A stretch of 64,000 nt of DNA from the human T2T-CHM13v2.0 reference genome, Homo sapiens, in NCBI RefSeq assembly GCF_009914755.1, contig NC_060947.1; one strand, given 5' to 3'. Below the pieces are notes generated by a model. It saw nothing but the letters and a program-made list of their open reading frames with translations. It had not been told where the DNA came from and did not search any database. Of this stretch, positions 13,910 through 30,802 are shown piece by piece. Every line of letters begins with the position of its first letter. The stretch's first letter is position 1. A program made the translations under genes and the position numbers.

Positions 13910-14214
13910 TATGTATTAGATGATTTTCTGTCTCTAAATAAATCGATGTATTTGATTTGCATTGAAATCTGTAGTTTGAATCTAGGAAATGATGTCAATA
14001 ACTTTACAGAAGTTGTTCTAGCAGTTAACCTAGCCCTTGCTCTCCAACTTACTTAATTCAAATGCAAAAAACGTGAAAGTGATGAAATTACAAGGATTAC
14101 CTTGAATATGCTTGAATCATAATCTACAGTGATTTATTATTAGTGATTTTATTTAAGGCAGATGTTGTAGCTGATCATGGTATACTGAACATTTTACAAT
14201 ACTTTGCTACAGTA

Positions 14215-14578
14215 CTTTTACAGACTAAATTTCATTCCCTCAGAACTCATAATTTGAATCCCTAAACGCTCGTGTGACTCTACTGGAGATAGGGCCTTTA
14301 ATGAGATAAATAAGATTAAAAGATTTTATAAGGGTGAGTCCCTGATCCAATACAACTGGTGCCCTTACAGAAAGATAAGGAGACAACAAGCATGTATATG
14401 CACAGAGAAAAAGATAGAGAGAGAATATGGCCATCTTCAAGCCAAGGAGAAAGGCCTCAGGATAAGCCAAACCTGCTGACACCTTGATTTTCCAGGCTCC
14501 AGAACTCAGAGAACGAAATTTATTTTAAGTTAACCAGTCTGTGGAATTTTGCTATGGCAGCCCTAGAAGACTAATACA
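14215..14578 (+). mobile_element. MLT1A0/B-like MaLR LTR
   Basis: ggagatagggccttt...caagccaaggagaaaggcctcag...ctgctgacaccttgattt...gactaataca. Confidence 0.85.
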
Positions 14579-16843
14579 AGTACACTCATAAAACTACAGT
14601 GAAAATTGAAATTCATCCACATAAAGCTGTGCTCTTCTAATTTTATCACTGGGTTAAACTTAGATACTGTGGCTCTTCAGCCTTTTCACTAGTGCTATCT
14701 GCTAAGTGGATATCCAGTAAAATATCTTGCCTATACACGCTTACATTACTGTCAATGGAAGGGCCCACTCTTATTCCCAAGACATATTTGGAATTCTGAG
14801 TCTGAGTTCCTTGCTCCAAATGGGGCAAATTATAGGAAAGGATAATAAGGAAGTTGGAAAGAGATAAGTGGAGGTGAAAGACCAAAGAAACTGCCAGTGA
14901 TGAAAGGCAGAAAAAAATGTTATTGGACTAAAAAAGAAAACATAATATGGTTTTACTTTTCAAAAAACAGAGGCATATGTAGGGGAGGATTTTAAGAAAG
15001 TAGCACCTAAGCAATGAGGAAAGATCAGGCTGGGATAAGGGCCAGAGAATATAGTGCCTAGAGTTAAGGGTAGTACAAGAATGGAGTAATAGTAGAACAA
15101 ATGTGATTATAAATAAAATACATAGATTTAAAAAATAATTATATTTGGTAGAATATTTAGGAAAAGGGTGAATAAATATAAAGGTAAATCAAGTGAAGAA
15201 AATATGCAGGGATTTGCTGCAGGGAGTATATTTTAACCAATCAGAAAAAAAATGTAGTGTAATAAAGAAGGCACGTAAACATTTGTTATCCAATCAAAAG
15301 AGATTGTGATGAGTTAATGGAGTGTGATTATAATATTACATATGATCAGATAATATTATGTGAAGCAAGTTATTGGTGTTTCACTTTTGTATCCTATCAT
15401 AATACATATGTTTGTTTAATCTCATGAGTTGGGAGTTGGAAAGTAGACTTCTAGCCTTGCTTGAGACTCAGTCAACTCCATGAATGACAGCAAAGGAATG
15501 TAGGCCAGAGTGATAAAGCATCATTATTTTTGGACAGCTTGGTTCAAGAGAATTGTCTGTAGTTATAGCTTTCCAGGAGTCGAAAATTGTGTTTAATGAT
15601 TACTTGGATGGGAAATAGCTACATGCATTATGACTATGACCTTAGCAATGACAAAGCATTGCTGAAGCTGGAGTAAAAACATGCTTTCCTTGATGAATAC
15701 AGTGTCCTTGTATATTCTTAGAGTGTAATAATTCTCATTATTTATAGTATAAATTATCCCAGGGCAAGACAGTATGAAAGGGTAATTTTATTACTATACA
15801 CTCTCAGTTTTAATAAAATGCAAGTAACCTGTTTCCTCACAATAGTAGAATTAGTGACCTGTTTGTCATTACTTTGAAAGTAGCTTGGTAGATAGGATAC
15901 ATTGCATCCTCTGCATCCCTTCCTCTCCCCACTAGGCCAGAAAACAAAGTCCAATAATACGGCAATTTGTGCTTATGCTTTATCTCTTCTACTAAGTGAA
16001 CTACTCAAGCACTATATCAGTTTCTTCTCCTACTCTCTTTTAAGCAGTTTCTGGAACATAGTACTTTTTCATTTAATATGCATTAATCTTTCCTTTGTAC
16101 ACAATCAGGTGTTTTTCAACACTTTCTCTGACCTCTCATTTCATATAACTTGAGCACTTATTTATCTATCACCATGACTTGTAATATATTGAGTAGATTT
16201 TTTGAATAAACATAAGTCATTTTATGATTATTAATAAATTCCTGATCTAGAAACATTCTTGGAGAATGCATTTTTCTTGTTCTTCACTTCTTCAGCATTT
16301 TGTAATTTCATATTTTTGTCTATGAATCTCATACCAGTAAAACTTTTATCTAAGAGCTAAATAGACCAACGCAGCATTTTGTTTATGGGTGGGTGTGTTG
16401 TCTTAAGAACCACCCCTCCCCACAAGTTTTAGTGGATAATGAGAAATTGGGAGGCCTAAGCCAAAATTGCCATTTATTGAATTTGTCTTCCTAAATAAAG
16501 GAGATCTTTCAAGAAAAGTCACCTTGAAGTTTAGAAAAGTCAGTGCATCATGGCATAGAATTCTATAGTATTTTTAGCAGCCATTCTGTACACACATTTT
16601 TAGAATGCCTATATGTAAATATTATTTGCTGGGATGGGGTTAGAAAGAAGGGTGAAAAAGGTGGCAATGAAGTCATAGTCCTTATTTGTAAGAGCTTATG
16701 GACAAATTAAAAATGTATAGCAGAGTTGTAAATATTCATAGAAACTACACTTAAAATCAGGAGATGACTTTATGTCTTGCCTTTGCCGATTTCTAGTTGT
16801 TTGACCTTAAGTTACTTAAATTTGAAATTGTCTGTACTATGGC

Positions 16844-19335
16844 TGCTACAGTTTAGACATTTGACCCACCTAACCTCATGTTGAAATTTGATTCCCAATC
16901 TTGAAGGGGGAGCCTAATGGGAAGTGTTTGGGTCATGGGGGAACATTCCTCAGGCATGGCTTGGTGTCATCCTCATGGTAATGAGTGAGTTCTTGCCCTA
17001 CGAGTTCCCATGAGAGTTCCCACAAGAGCTGATTGTTTAAAAAAAAATCTAGCACTCTCCCTTGCTTTTGCTCTCACCATGTGATTTCTGCACAACAGCT
17101 TCCTTTTGCTTTTTGCCATGTGTGGAAACAACTTGAAGCCCTCACCTGAAGCCAAGGAGATGCCAGTGCCATGCTTCCTGTACAGGCTGAAGAACTATGA
17201 GCCAAATAAATTTCTTTCCTTTATAACTTTCCCAGGCCTAGGTATTTCCTTATAGCAACATAGTGGACTAAGAGAGAAAATTGGTACTGAGGAGCAAGGT
17301 GTTGCTATAAGAATACCTAAAAATGTGAAAGTGACTTTGGAACTGGGTAGTGTGCAGAGATTGGAAGATTTTGGAGGGCTCAGAAGAAGACAGGAAGATG
17401 AGGGAAAGTTTGGAACTTACTAGAGACTGGTTAAGTGGCTGTGACTAAAATGTGGATAAAAACATGAACAGTAAAATCCAGGTTGATGAAGTCTTAGAAG
17501 AAAATGAGGAACTACTGGGAACTGGAGCAAAGGTCACTCTTGCTAAGCTGCAGCAAAAAACTTGGCTCATTGTGTCCATGCCCTAGGGCTTTGTAGAAGG
17601 CCAAACTTAAGAGTGATTACCTGGGGTACCTGGTGAAATAAATGTCTAAATAGTAAAATGTTCAAAAATTGCTGTGACTTCTTTTACCAGCTTATAATAA
17701 GATAAGGGAGCAATGAAATAATGTAAAGTTGGAATTTAAAATTAAAAGAGTAGAGTATACAAATTTGGAAAATCTGTAGCCCTGCGATGTGGTAGAGACA
17801 AAAAATGTTTTTCAGGCAAGGTGGGAGCCAGGTGCTATTAGGCAGAACAATGGGAAAAAGGCCCTGAAGCCATGTTAGAAATCTTCGAGGAAACCCCTCC
17901 AATCACAAGGCCCAGAGGCCTATAAGGACAGAATGATTTTGAGGGCCAGGCCTAAACGCTGCTCACCTATGCCACCTCAGGATGTTTCTTGCCACATTGC
18001 CACTGCTCTAGCTCCAGCCAAGGCTCAAATGACCCTAGGAGCTGCTCAGGGTCTTGCTTCAGAGGGCACAAGCCATACGTTTTGGCAGCATCCATCTGGT
18101 GTAGAATTCAGTTGCATAGAATGCGAGATTAGTGAAGGTTTGGCATCTTCCACCTAGATATCAAAGAATGTAACAGAAAGCTTGAGTGCCCAGGCAGAGG
18201 CCTGCTGCAGGGGCAGAAGCCAACAGACTCTACTAAGGCTATTCTGAGCAGAAATGTGGGGTTGTAGCCCTCACGGCCAGTCCCTACCAAGGCAATGCCT
18301 AATGGAGCTGTGGGAGCAAGACTCCTGCCTTCCAGACCCCAAAATTATAGTCACTGGCACCATGGAATCTCAGACTAGAAGAGCCACAGGAATTAAACTC
18401 CAACTTGTAAGAGCAGTCACATGGGCTGCATCTAGCAAAGCCACGGAGGCATGGCTGTCCAAGGTCTTGAGGACCCACCTCTCACATGAGTGTGCCCAAA
18501 ATATGGAACATGGAATCTAAAAGATGTGGGACATGGAGTCAAAGGAGATCATTTTGGCGATTTAAGATTTAAGACTTAAGACTTAAGACTGGACTTGCAT
18601 GTGGCCTGTTACCTCTTTCTTTTGGCCAGTTTTCCCCTTTTGAAATGATAATGTTTACCAAATGCCTGCTCCACCACTGGCTCTAGGAAGTTAATAACTT
18701 GTAGGAAGTCAATAACTTGTTCTTGGTTTTACAGGTTCATAGCTGGAACGAACTTCCCTTTAAACCATGGTTGGTGCTGGAGCAAGTTAAAACTTTTGGT
18801 GACTGTTAGAAAGATATGATAGTATTTTGCAATGTGAGAAGGACATAAATTTTGGGGAGGCAGGGAGGAATTCTATAGTTGGTATATTTAACCTCCCAAA
18901 CCTCTTTGCTTTTTCACAGTAGGTTCTTGTACATGCTCAAATTGCTGAAATTTGATCTTCAATTTTGGAGGTGGGGCCTCATATGAAGTATTTGGAGCAG
19001 GGGAAATCTCTCGCGAATGGCTTGGTGCCATCCTTGCCTTAATGAGTGAGTTCTCACTGTTAGTTCCCATGACAAGTCCCTGCAAAAGCTGATTGTTAAA
19101 AAGAGTCTAGTACCCCCACCCTTGATTCTGCTTTTACCTGTGATCTCTGCACACCAGCTTCCCTTTGCCCTTCACCACCAGTGGAAGCAGCATCATGACC
19201 TCACCAAAATCCGAGTAGGTGCTAATGCCATGCTTCCTGCACAGCATGCAGATCCCTGAGCAAAATAAACTTGTTTTCATTATAAATTACCCAGCTCTGG
19301 ATATTTCTTTATAGTAATACCAATGAATTAAGACA
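16844..19335 (+). mobile_element. Complete MaLR MST element (MSTB-like LTR 16844-17275, internal 17276-18870, LTR 18871-19335)
   Basis: Two homologous LTRs; internal region starts gaaaattggtac; purine tract before the 3' LTR; TSD atggc/atggt. Confidence 0.9.
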
Positions 19336-20689
19336 ATGGTGATAATAAATCGTCTTGCATATCTCACACAGTAATGTTTTCACACTCTTTTTAAAAAAGA
19401 GATTGGCTAAATATCAAGTGCCAGGTAATTAACAGATGGGTTGCTTGCCAAAGCAAGTTCAGGTCCTCTAATTTTATTTTCACCCAATTTGTGAGGCAGG
19501 GCCAAGAAATTCTAATGACAAATCTTTGACCTCCTTAATGTTTATTGCAAAAATATTTATTGTATATATTTATTGACATAGTTAATATAAATACAAAGCA
19601 CTCTGACTTTCTAACAAGAGAAAAAATAAACATGAAGATTGTTATGCTCACATGATTGGTTTGTACTTGGCTATAAGACAACAGTGATTTTGGTAAGTGA
19701 CAAAACTGAGAAAGGCATCTGTCAAGGGGTCATGATAAGATTGGAATATTTATTAGCTTCCACAAAAGTCGCAATATTTTCCAGGACAACATTAGAATAA
19801 TTTAGGTAGCCTCTGTAACATGTTTCACTTGAGATCAAGTGTTGCGGTTTTAATGATGTGGAATTCAAAATGGATTAAAATTAGGCTCAGTACCAATGAA
19901 TTTGTTAAGCTCTTAATCTCTGTTAAGCTCTCTATCCTAGTTAAAATTTATCGGGGTTGAAAAAGTCTGCTCCTGGAGAGAAATGATTATTTCATAGTCA
20001 TGACATGCTCCCAAGTGGAGCTAGTTATAAGCAAAATTGAAATTAAATACAACTTTGGTAGCCACTTTGGTGCCATAGCCAAGGCTAGTGTATATCTTAT
20101 TTCTGAGGGTTTTGCCTTCTGTACTTTCAGGAATTCTGCCAGTATTATTTCGTTTTTACAGGAGGTGATTTTACATCTACAAATCACTGAGAGTCCAATA
20201 AAGAAATCATATGAAATAGTTTACGCCTTGATACAAAGCAACTCATTCTGATAGTTTATTAAACTCAAGTAGATTTATAAATAAGCTCAAGCTTATTTAT
20301 TAAACTCAAGTAGGTTTATTTATTTTATTAATGATAAAGACATTAGTATTCAAAGATTGATATTCTCATGTGATTTTTTTTTGTACTCAACTATAAGAGA
20401 AGAGTAATTTTAATGGTGACCAAACTGAGAAAGGCATCTCTCAAGGGGTCATTTACAATATGGAAAATTTATAATATTCTCTGTAGAGGAGTGAAACACT
20501 GACTGTAATAGAAACTATTGATTTTTAACATCCCACAGAGAATGTGTCACAAACTTATTTCAGTATTTTGAAATATGTACTTTCCTAGTCAATTATGATG
20601 AAATGTTTCATAAGCTACTTGTCCTTTATAAATATATGAAAACTATCCTGTTTTATAAGAAAGCAAAATTACATTTGCCTGTACAAATT

Positions 20690-21030
20690 TTTGTGCTACA
20701 ATTTTTGTTATATACATAGATTGGGTAATGATGATGTCAGGGCATCAGGGGTATCCATCATCTGAACAATGTACATTGTACCCATTAAGTAATTTGTCAT
20801 CATCCACCATCCGCCCATCCCCTCACTCTTTCCAGTCTCCATTTTCTGTCATTTCACACTCCACATCCATTCATACACATTGTTTAGCTTCCACTTGTAA
20901 ATGAGTGCATGCAATATCTGTCCTTCTGTGGCTCGCTTGTTTCACTTAAGATAATGGCCTCCAGTTCTGTCCATGTTGCTGCAAAAGACATGTTTCCATT
21001 TTTTTTACATCTGAGTAGTATTCCATTGCA
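20690..21030 (-). mobile_element. L1PB4-like 3' UTR fragment
   Basis: aatgtacattgtacccattaagtaattt...ttcacttaagataatggcctccagtt...gctgcaaaagacatg. Confidence 0.8.
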
Positions 21031-21708
21031 CCTTATTTTTCAGAGCTCTGTAGTAACAAAAAACAACTGCATTTTTTCTTAATATTTAAAATCTTCCCTA
21101 TTAATAAATAAACATATATTAAGTCTTAGGAAAGGAAGACAGAATTTTTATATAGATAGGTGAGTATCTGCATGTACTTTGGGGTGTGGGTAATAAAAGT
21201 TATTTAATAGTGGAAGTTAATTTTAACTAATAAGAATTAATCAAAGAACTTACTTCATTCTCAGTACATATGTTGTCAAAAGGTAATCCTTATGTCATAG
21301 CTATATTTAGTTTGTTAGCCTTGGATCACTTTGTGATAGCATATATATCCTACTACTCTGTTTCTTTTCAGATTCCTAAACTATTTAGATACATTACCTT
21401 ATTTGATCCGCATGACAAGCTGTGAGATCAGTTAATATAGCTTCCATTCCACAAGTTTGTTATGATGATCAAATGAGCTAATCTGCAGGAAGTCCCTAAG
21501 CACATTGCATGCAAGGTAAAGAAGCATTTATTACATTTTATCTTTTCCATTTTTTAGTCATAGTCGGTCTATTACTATTATCACTACTAATATTGCTGTT
21601 AATATTACTTGTCTCATTCTTATTACCAGTAAGTTCTTTCATCAATTTTTAACATGCAAGAAATTTCTGTGCCCTAAATGATTGGTCTAAAGTCTCATAG
21701 CATATTAT

Positions 21709-21739
<31 letters not shown>

Positions 21740-22019
21740 TATACACACACACACATAGATATACTTTTAATTTACATATAAAATGTATTAATTTTTCCAT
21801 TTAACTATTGATCAATAAATATTTAATAATCTTTCTTATACATTTTCACTCCACAGATTAATTTTAAGCTTTGAATTGTCTTTCAACGTTATTTATCAGC
21901 TGCATACTAACATATATAAACCAATATTCAATTTTATATAAGTGGATTTAATTACTAATCATTTTAAAAGGAAATATGCAATATCCACAGTTATGCAAAA
22001 GTTTTGCTCTTCCAAACAT

Positions 22020-22322
22020 TTCATATAATATATAAATATATATTTTATATATAAACATAGAAAGCCATAGAATATTCAGAAAAGTATATATATATTTACC
22101 ATTATATATATGAATATATGTATATTTACATGTATATAAAATATATATTTACTTTTATATAGGTAAATATATATATTTACTTTTATATAAATATATTTTA
22201 TATTTGCCTATATATTATATAGGTAATAGGTAAATATATAATAATATATTTATATTATATATTTATATATGTGTATTTACCTATATATATTTATATGTAT
22301 CCACACACACACTTTTTATATG
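22020..22322. repeat. AT-rich low-complexity / degenerate (TA)n tract
   Basis: Repeated atatatatttacttttatat and ataggtaaatatata units. Confidence 0.85.
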
Positions 22323-22630
22323 TTTCAACATGTGCACATACAGAATATGAATTCATTCAACGTGGCTTTTCTGGTTAGAACTTAGAATGCCTCTAGGGTT
22401 TTCTACTCCAAATTCAAATCTTCATTGCTCCATTTCATATGCTTTTTATGTTGTATTGAACATTACATCACTATTTTATTCTTCAGCCCATTGTTTAAAT
22501 AATTTTATTACAGTGATCATATGATCTGATGATTTTTCTCTAGCCAATTCTTTGCATTGTGTCCTTTTTGATGTTAATTAGGTGGGTATCACTTGGTTAA
22601 TATCGAATATGGAAGTTAAGTGACAGTTGT

Positions 22631-23077
22631 TGTTATAGACTGAATGTTTGTGCACCCCCCAAAAAAAATTTTATGTTGATTTTCTCACTGCCAGTGTGGC
22701 TATGTTTGAAGATGGCACCTCTAAGGAAGTAATTAAGATTAAATGAGGCTTGGAGAATGGGGCTCTAATTCGATAGGATTAATATCATTATAAGAAGAGG
22801 TACCAGAGTGTTGGCATGTGCATGCTCTCTGTCTTTCTTCGTGTGTGTGTGTGTGTGTATGTGTGTGTTTCTCCATGTGTATGCACTGAGGAAAGGACAT
22901 GTGAGGATATAGAAAGAAGGCAGTGTTTTCCACACCAGAATGCAGCCCTTATCAGAAGTCAAATAAACCAGAACCTTTATCTTAGACTTCTAGCCTCTAA
23001 AACACTGAAAAATAAATTTTCGTTTAAACTGCCAGGTCTATAGTACCTTGTTACAGCAGCCTAAGGTGACTAATATA
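22631..23077 (+). mobile_element. MLT1A-like MaLR LTR with an internal (TG)n
   Basis: tgttatagactgaatgtttgtg...cactgaggaaagg.catgtgagga...gactaatata. Confidence 0.85.
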
Positions 23078-23090
23078 ATTGTCAAGGTAG

Positions 23091-23728
23091 TGTTACCGGG
23101 AATTTTGTATTGGGATGGATTTTTTAAATGAGGAGATCAACACAGCTAGAGCTCTGGATCAGCAATCTTGGTTCTCCTGATAGTAAGCAAGTAACTGCAA
23201 ATTGACACCAATATGCAAGGTCAAAGCAAAGTTTATTGAAGCACAGTAATACACTCTCGGAGGGAGAGCTCTTTACGGAGATGAAGGTGCTTATGATGGG
23301 ATTTGTGAGGAGGAGTTGAGGTTTGGGCTGTGTCTGATTAACAGGATGATATCAATAGATTTACTATTTATGGTTATATAAAAAAAAATTAAGCTGCATG
23401 TTTCCACCCATAATTCATAAAGAAAAGCCCACTTTGGGGAGGAAAAACCACATGCAAATTCTATTATAATGATAGTATAATGAGCTTGGGGTGAACATGG
23501 TTTGGTGTTTTTGGGCATGAGCCGCTTTAGTACCTTTCCACCTGTGCCCTATTTCCTTACTCTCAGTGATGTGCTGGCCAGAGACTTTACCACAAACTCT
23601 ATCTGTTAGAGTAGAGTTAGGGCGGTCTTGGGAATGAAGTAGGGTGGGCCAGAGGCCAGTTAGTGACAGCCTTTTTGCTTTCCTCTTTACCGCCTCCCAG
23701 CTGCTAATGTCTATCTACCTACCTAACA
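23091..23728 (-). mobile_element. ERV1-class solo LTR (subfamily uncertain, possibly MER73-like)
   Basis: tgtta...taaca termini; 4-bp TSD gtag/gtat; antisense polyA signal (tttatt near 23232). Confidence 0.65.
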
Positions 23729-25041
23729 GTATTATTGTATTTGGAAAAGAAAACAATGTTGATTTTTAGAAAATAATTGATGTTTTATTCATGGTCCCCC
23801 AGAAAGTGCATGGCGTGACTTTATTTGTGGGCTTAAAAAAGAATGAATTTTTATTTTCATTTTAAAAGATAATTTTCCTGGCTTCCCATAGTCAACCAAC
23901 ACAAATTTAAGAGAAAAACATTGCATATTCCATATCTATGCCTTTTCCACATTGATGACTCCCTGGTAGTGAAAAGAGTCTCTAATTTCAAACAAGCACC
24001 TATCAATTTATAATGAAATCAGCTGAAATGTATTTGTTCATATATTGGTGTGTGTGTGTATGTGTCTAAAACCTGTGCACAGTCTAATCTGGCATATTTT
24101 TTGAATAGTATTTTATAAATATTCATCTCACTGAAGAGTGCCGGACAGTGGGTGCAGGACAGTGGGTACAGTGCACCGTGCATGAGCCAAAGCAGGGTGA
24201 GGCATCGCCCCACCTGGGAAGCACAGGGGGTCAAGGAATTCCCTTTCCTAGTCAAAGAAAGGGGTGACAGACAGCACCTGGAAAATCGGGTCACTCCCAC
24301 CCTAATACTGTGCTTTTCCAATGGGCTTAACAAACGGCACACCAGGAAATTATATCCTGCACCTGGCTCGGAGGGTCCTGCGCCCACAGAGCCTCACTCA
24401 TTGCTAGCACAGCAGTCTGAGATCACACTGCAAGGCGGCAATGAGGCTGGGGGAGGGGTGACCGTCATTGCTAAGGCTTAAGTAGGTAAACAAAGCAGCT
24501 GGGAAGCTCGAACTGGGAGCCCACCACAGCTCAAGGAGGCCTGCCTACCTCTGCAGTCTCCATCTCTGGGGGCAGGGCACAGACAAACAAAGGAGCAATA
24601 ATCTCTGCAGACTTAAATGTCCCTGTCAGACAGCTTTGAAGAGAGTAGTGGTTCTCCCAGCATGCAGCTTGAGATCTGCGAACAGGCAGACTCCCTCCTC
24701 AAGTGGGTCCCTGACCCTGAGTAGCCTAACTGGGAATCACCCCCCAGTAGGGGTGGACTGACACCTCACACGGCCAAGTACTCCTCTGAGACAAAACTTC
24801 CAGAGGAACGATCAGGCAGCAGCATTTGCAGTTCACCAATATCCGCTGTTCTGCAGCCACCACGGCTGATACCCAGGCAAGCATGGTCTGGATTGGACCT
24901 CCAGTAAACTCCAAAAGAGTTTACTGCAGCTGAGGGTCCTGACTGTTAGAAGGAAAACTAACAAACAGAAAGGACATCCACACCAAAAACCCATCTGTAC
25001 GTCACCATGATCAAAGACCAAAGGTAGATAAAACCACAAAG

Positions 25042-26056
25042 ATGGGGAAAAAACAGAACAGAAAAACTGGAAACTCTAAAAATCAGAGCACGTCTCCTCC
25101 TCCAAAGGAACGCAGCTCCTCACCAGCAATGGAACAAAGCTGGACAGAGAATGACTTCGACTAGTTGAGAGAAGAAGGTTTCAGAAGATCAAACTATTCT
25201 GAGCTAAAGAAGGAAATTCGAACCTATGGCAAAGAAGATAAAAACTTAAAAAAAATTAGACAAATGGATAACTAGAATAACCAATGCAGAGAAGTCCTTA
25301 AAGGACCTGATGGAGCTGAAAACCAAGACATGAGAACTACAAGATGAATGCACAAGCCTCAGTAACTGATGCGATCAACTGGAGGAAAGGGTATCAGCGA
25401 TGGAAGATTAAATGAATGAAATGAAGTGTGAAGAGAAGTTTAGAGAAAAAATAATAAAAAGAAACGAACAAAGCCTCCAAGAAATATGGGACTATGTGAA
25501 AAGTCCAAATCTAAGTCTCACTGGTGTACCTGAAAGTGACGGGGATAATGGAACCAAGTCGGAAAACACTCTGCAGGATATTATCCAGGAGAACTTCCCC
25601 AATCTAGCAAGGCAGGCCAACATTCAAATTCAGGAAATAAAGAGAATGCCACAAAGATACTCCTCGAGAAGAGCAACTCCAAGACACATAATTGTCAGAT
25701 TCACCAAAGTTGAAATGAAGGAAAAAATGTTACAGACAGCCAGAGAGAAAGGTCGGGTTACCCACAAAGAGAAGCCTATCAGACTAACAGCTGATCTCTT
25801 GGCAGAAACTCTACAAGCAAGAAGAGAGTGGGGGCCAATATTCAACATTTTTAAAGAAAAGAATTTTCCACCCAGAATTTCATATCCAGCCAAACTAAGC
25901 TTCATAAGTGAAGGCAAAATAAAATACTTTACAGACAAGCAAATGCTGAGAGATTTTGTCACCACCACTCCTGCCCTAAAAGAGCTCCTGAAGGAAGCAC
26001 TAAACATGGAAAGGAACAACCGATACCAGCCACTGCAAAAACATGCCAAATTGTAA
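25042..26056 (+). pseudogene. L1 ORF1p, disrupted (C-terminal 214 aa open)
   Basis: atggggaaaaaacag start; stop and frameshift near 25160-25260; ends ...NRYQPLQKHAKL. Confidence 0.92.
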
Positions 26057-26119
26057 AGACCATCAAGGCTAGGAAGAAACTGCATCAACTAACAAGAAAA
26101 ATAATCAGCCAACATCATA

Positions 26120-29946
<3,827 letters not shown>

Positions 29947-30185
29947 ACAATGAGAACACATGGACACAGGAAGGGGAACATCACACACCGGGGCCTGTTG
30001 TGGGGTGGGGGGAATGGGGAGGGATAGCATTAGGAGATATACCTAATGTTAAATGACAAGTTAATGGGTGCAGCACACCAACATGGCACATGTATACATA
30101 TGTAACTAACCTGCACGTTGTGCACATGTACCCTAAAACTTAAAGTATAATAAAAAAGAAAAAGAAAAAAAATAAAAATAAAGAA

Positions 30186-30802
30186 AATTAATCCTTTTTT
30201 ACAAACACTTGTAGCAGTGAATATCTCCCAGTGGTCTTTTTTTATCCTACATATAAGCAAGCATTGTTCCTCAGGTGGGCATATTCTTCCTCTTACTTTA
30301 GGAAATGCCCTACTCTGTCTATGGTGTCTACATAGTAGCATTCTTTTTTTCTTTTTTTTTTTTTGATACAGGGTCTTGCTCTGTTACCCAGGCTGGAGTG
30401 TAGAAGTGTGATCTGGGCTCACCGCAACCTCCATCTCCTGGGTTCAAGCAATTATCATGCCTTAGCCTCCCGAGTAGCTAGGATTGCAAGCATGTATCAC
30501 CACACCCAGCTACTTTTTTCTATATTTTCTTTTTTCAGTAGAAGCAAGGTTTCACTGTGTTGACAAGACTGGTCTCAAACTCCTGGCCTCAAGTGATCTG
30601 CCTGCCTGGGCCTCCCAAAGTGTTGGGATTACAGGCATCAGCCGCCATCCCTGGCCCAGCCTGAAGTAGCTATTTTTTTCACTACTTCACTTTCTTAATA
30701 AACTTGCTTTCACTTTGCACTGTTGACTTGCCCTGAATTCTTTCTTGTGCAAGATTCAAGAACCTTCTCTTGGGGACTGGATCAGGACCCATTTCTGGTA
30801 AC
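30186..30802 (+). mobile_element. 3' part of a MER41(C/D-like) ERV1 LTR, interrupted by an Alu
   Basis: gccctactctgtctatgg...ttcttaataaacttgctttcac...ggatcaggacccatttctggtaaca. The 5' half is absent. Confidence 0.85.
30343..30661 (-). mobile_element. Alu (AluJb/Sz-like)
   Basis: polyT followed by a full antisense dimer, flanked by agtagc-like repeats. Confidence 0.9.

Noticed and set aside
18560-18722. (ttaagac)n and an 18-bp duplication in MST-int
   Set aside because: Ordinary slippage micro-duplications.
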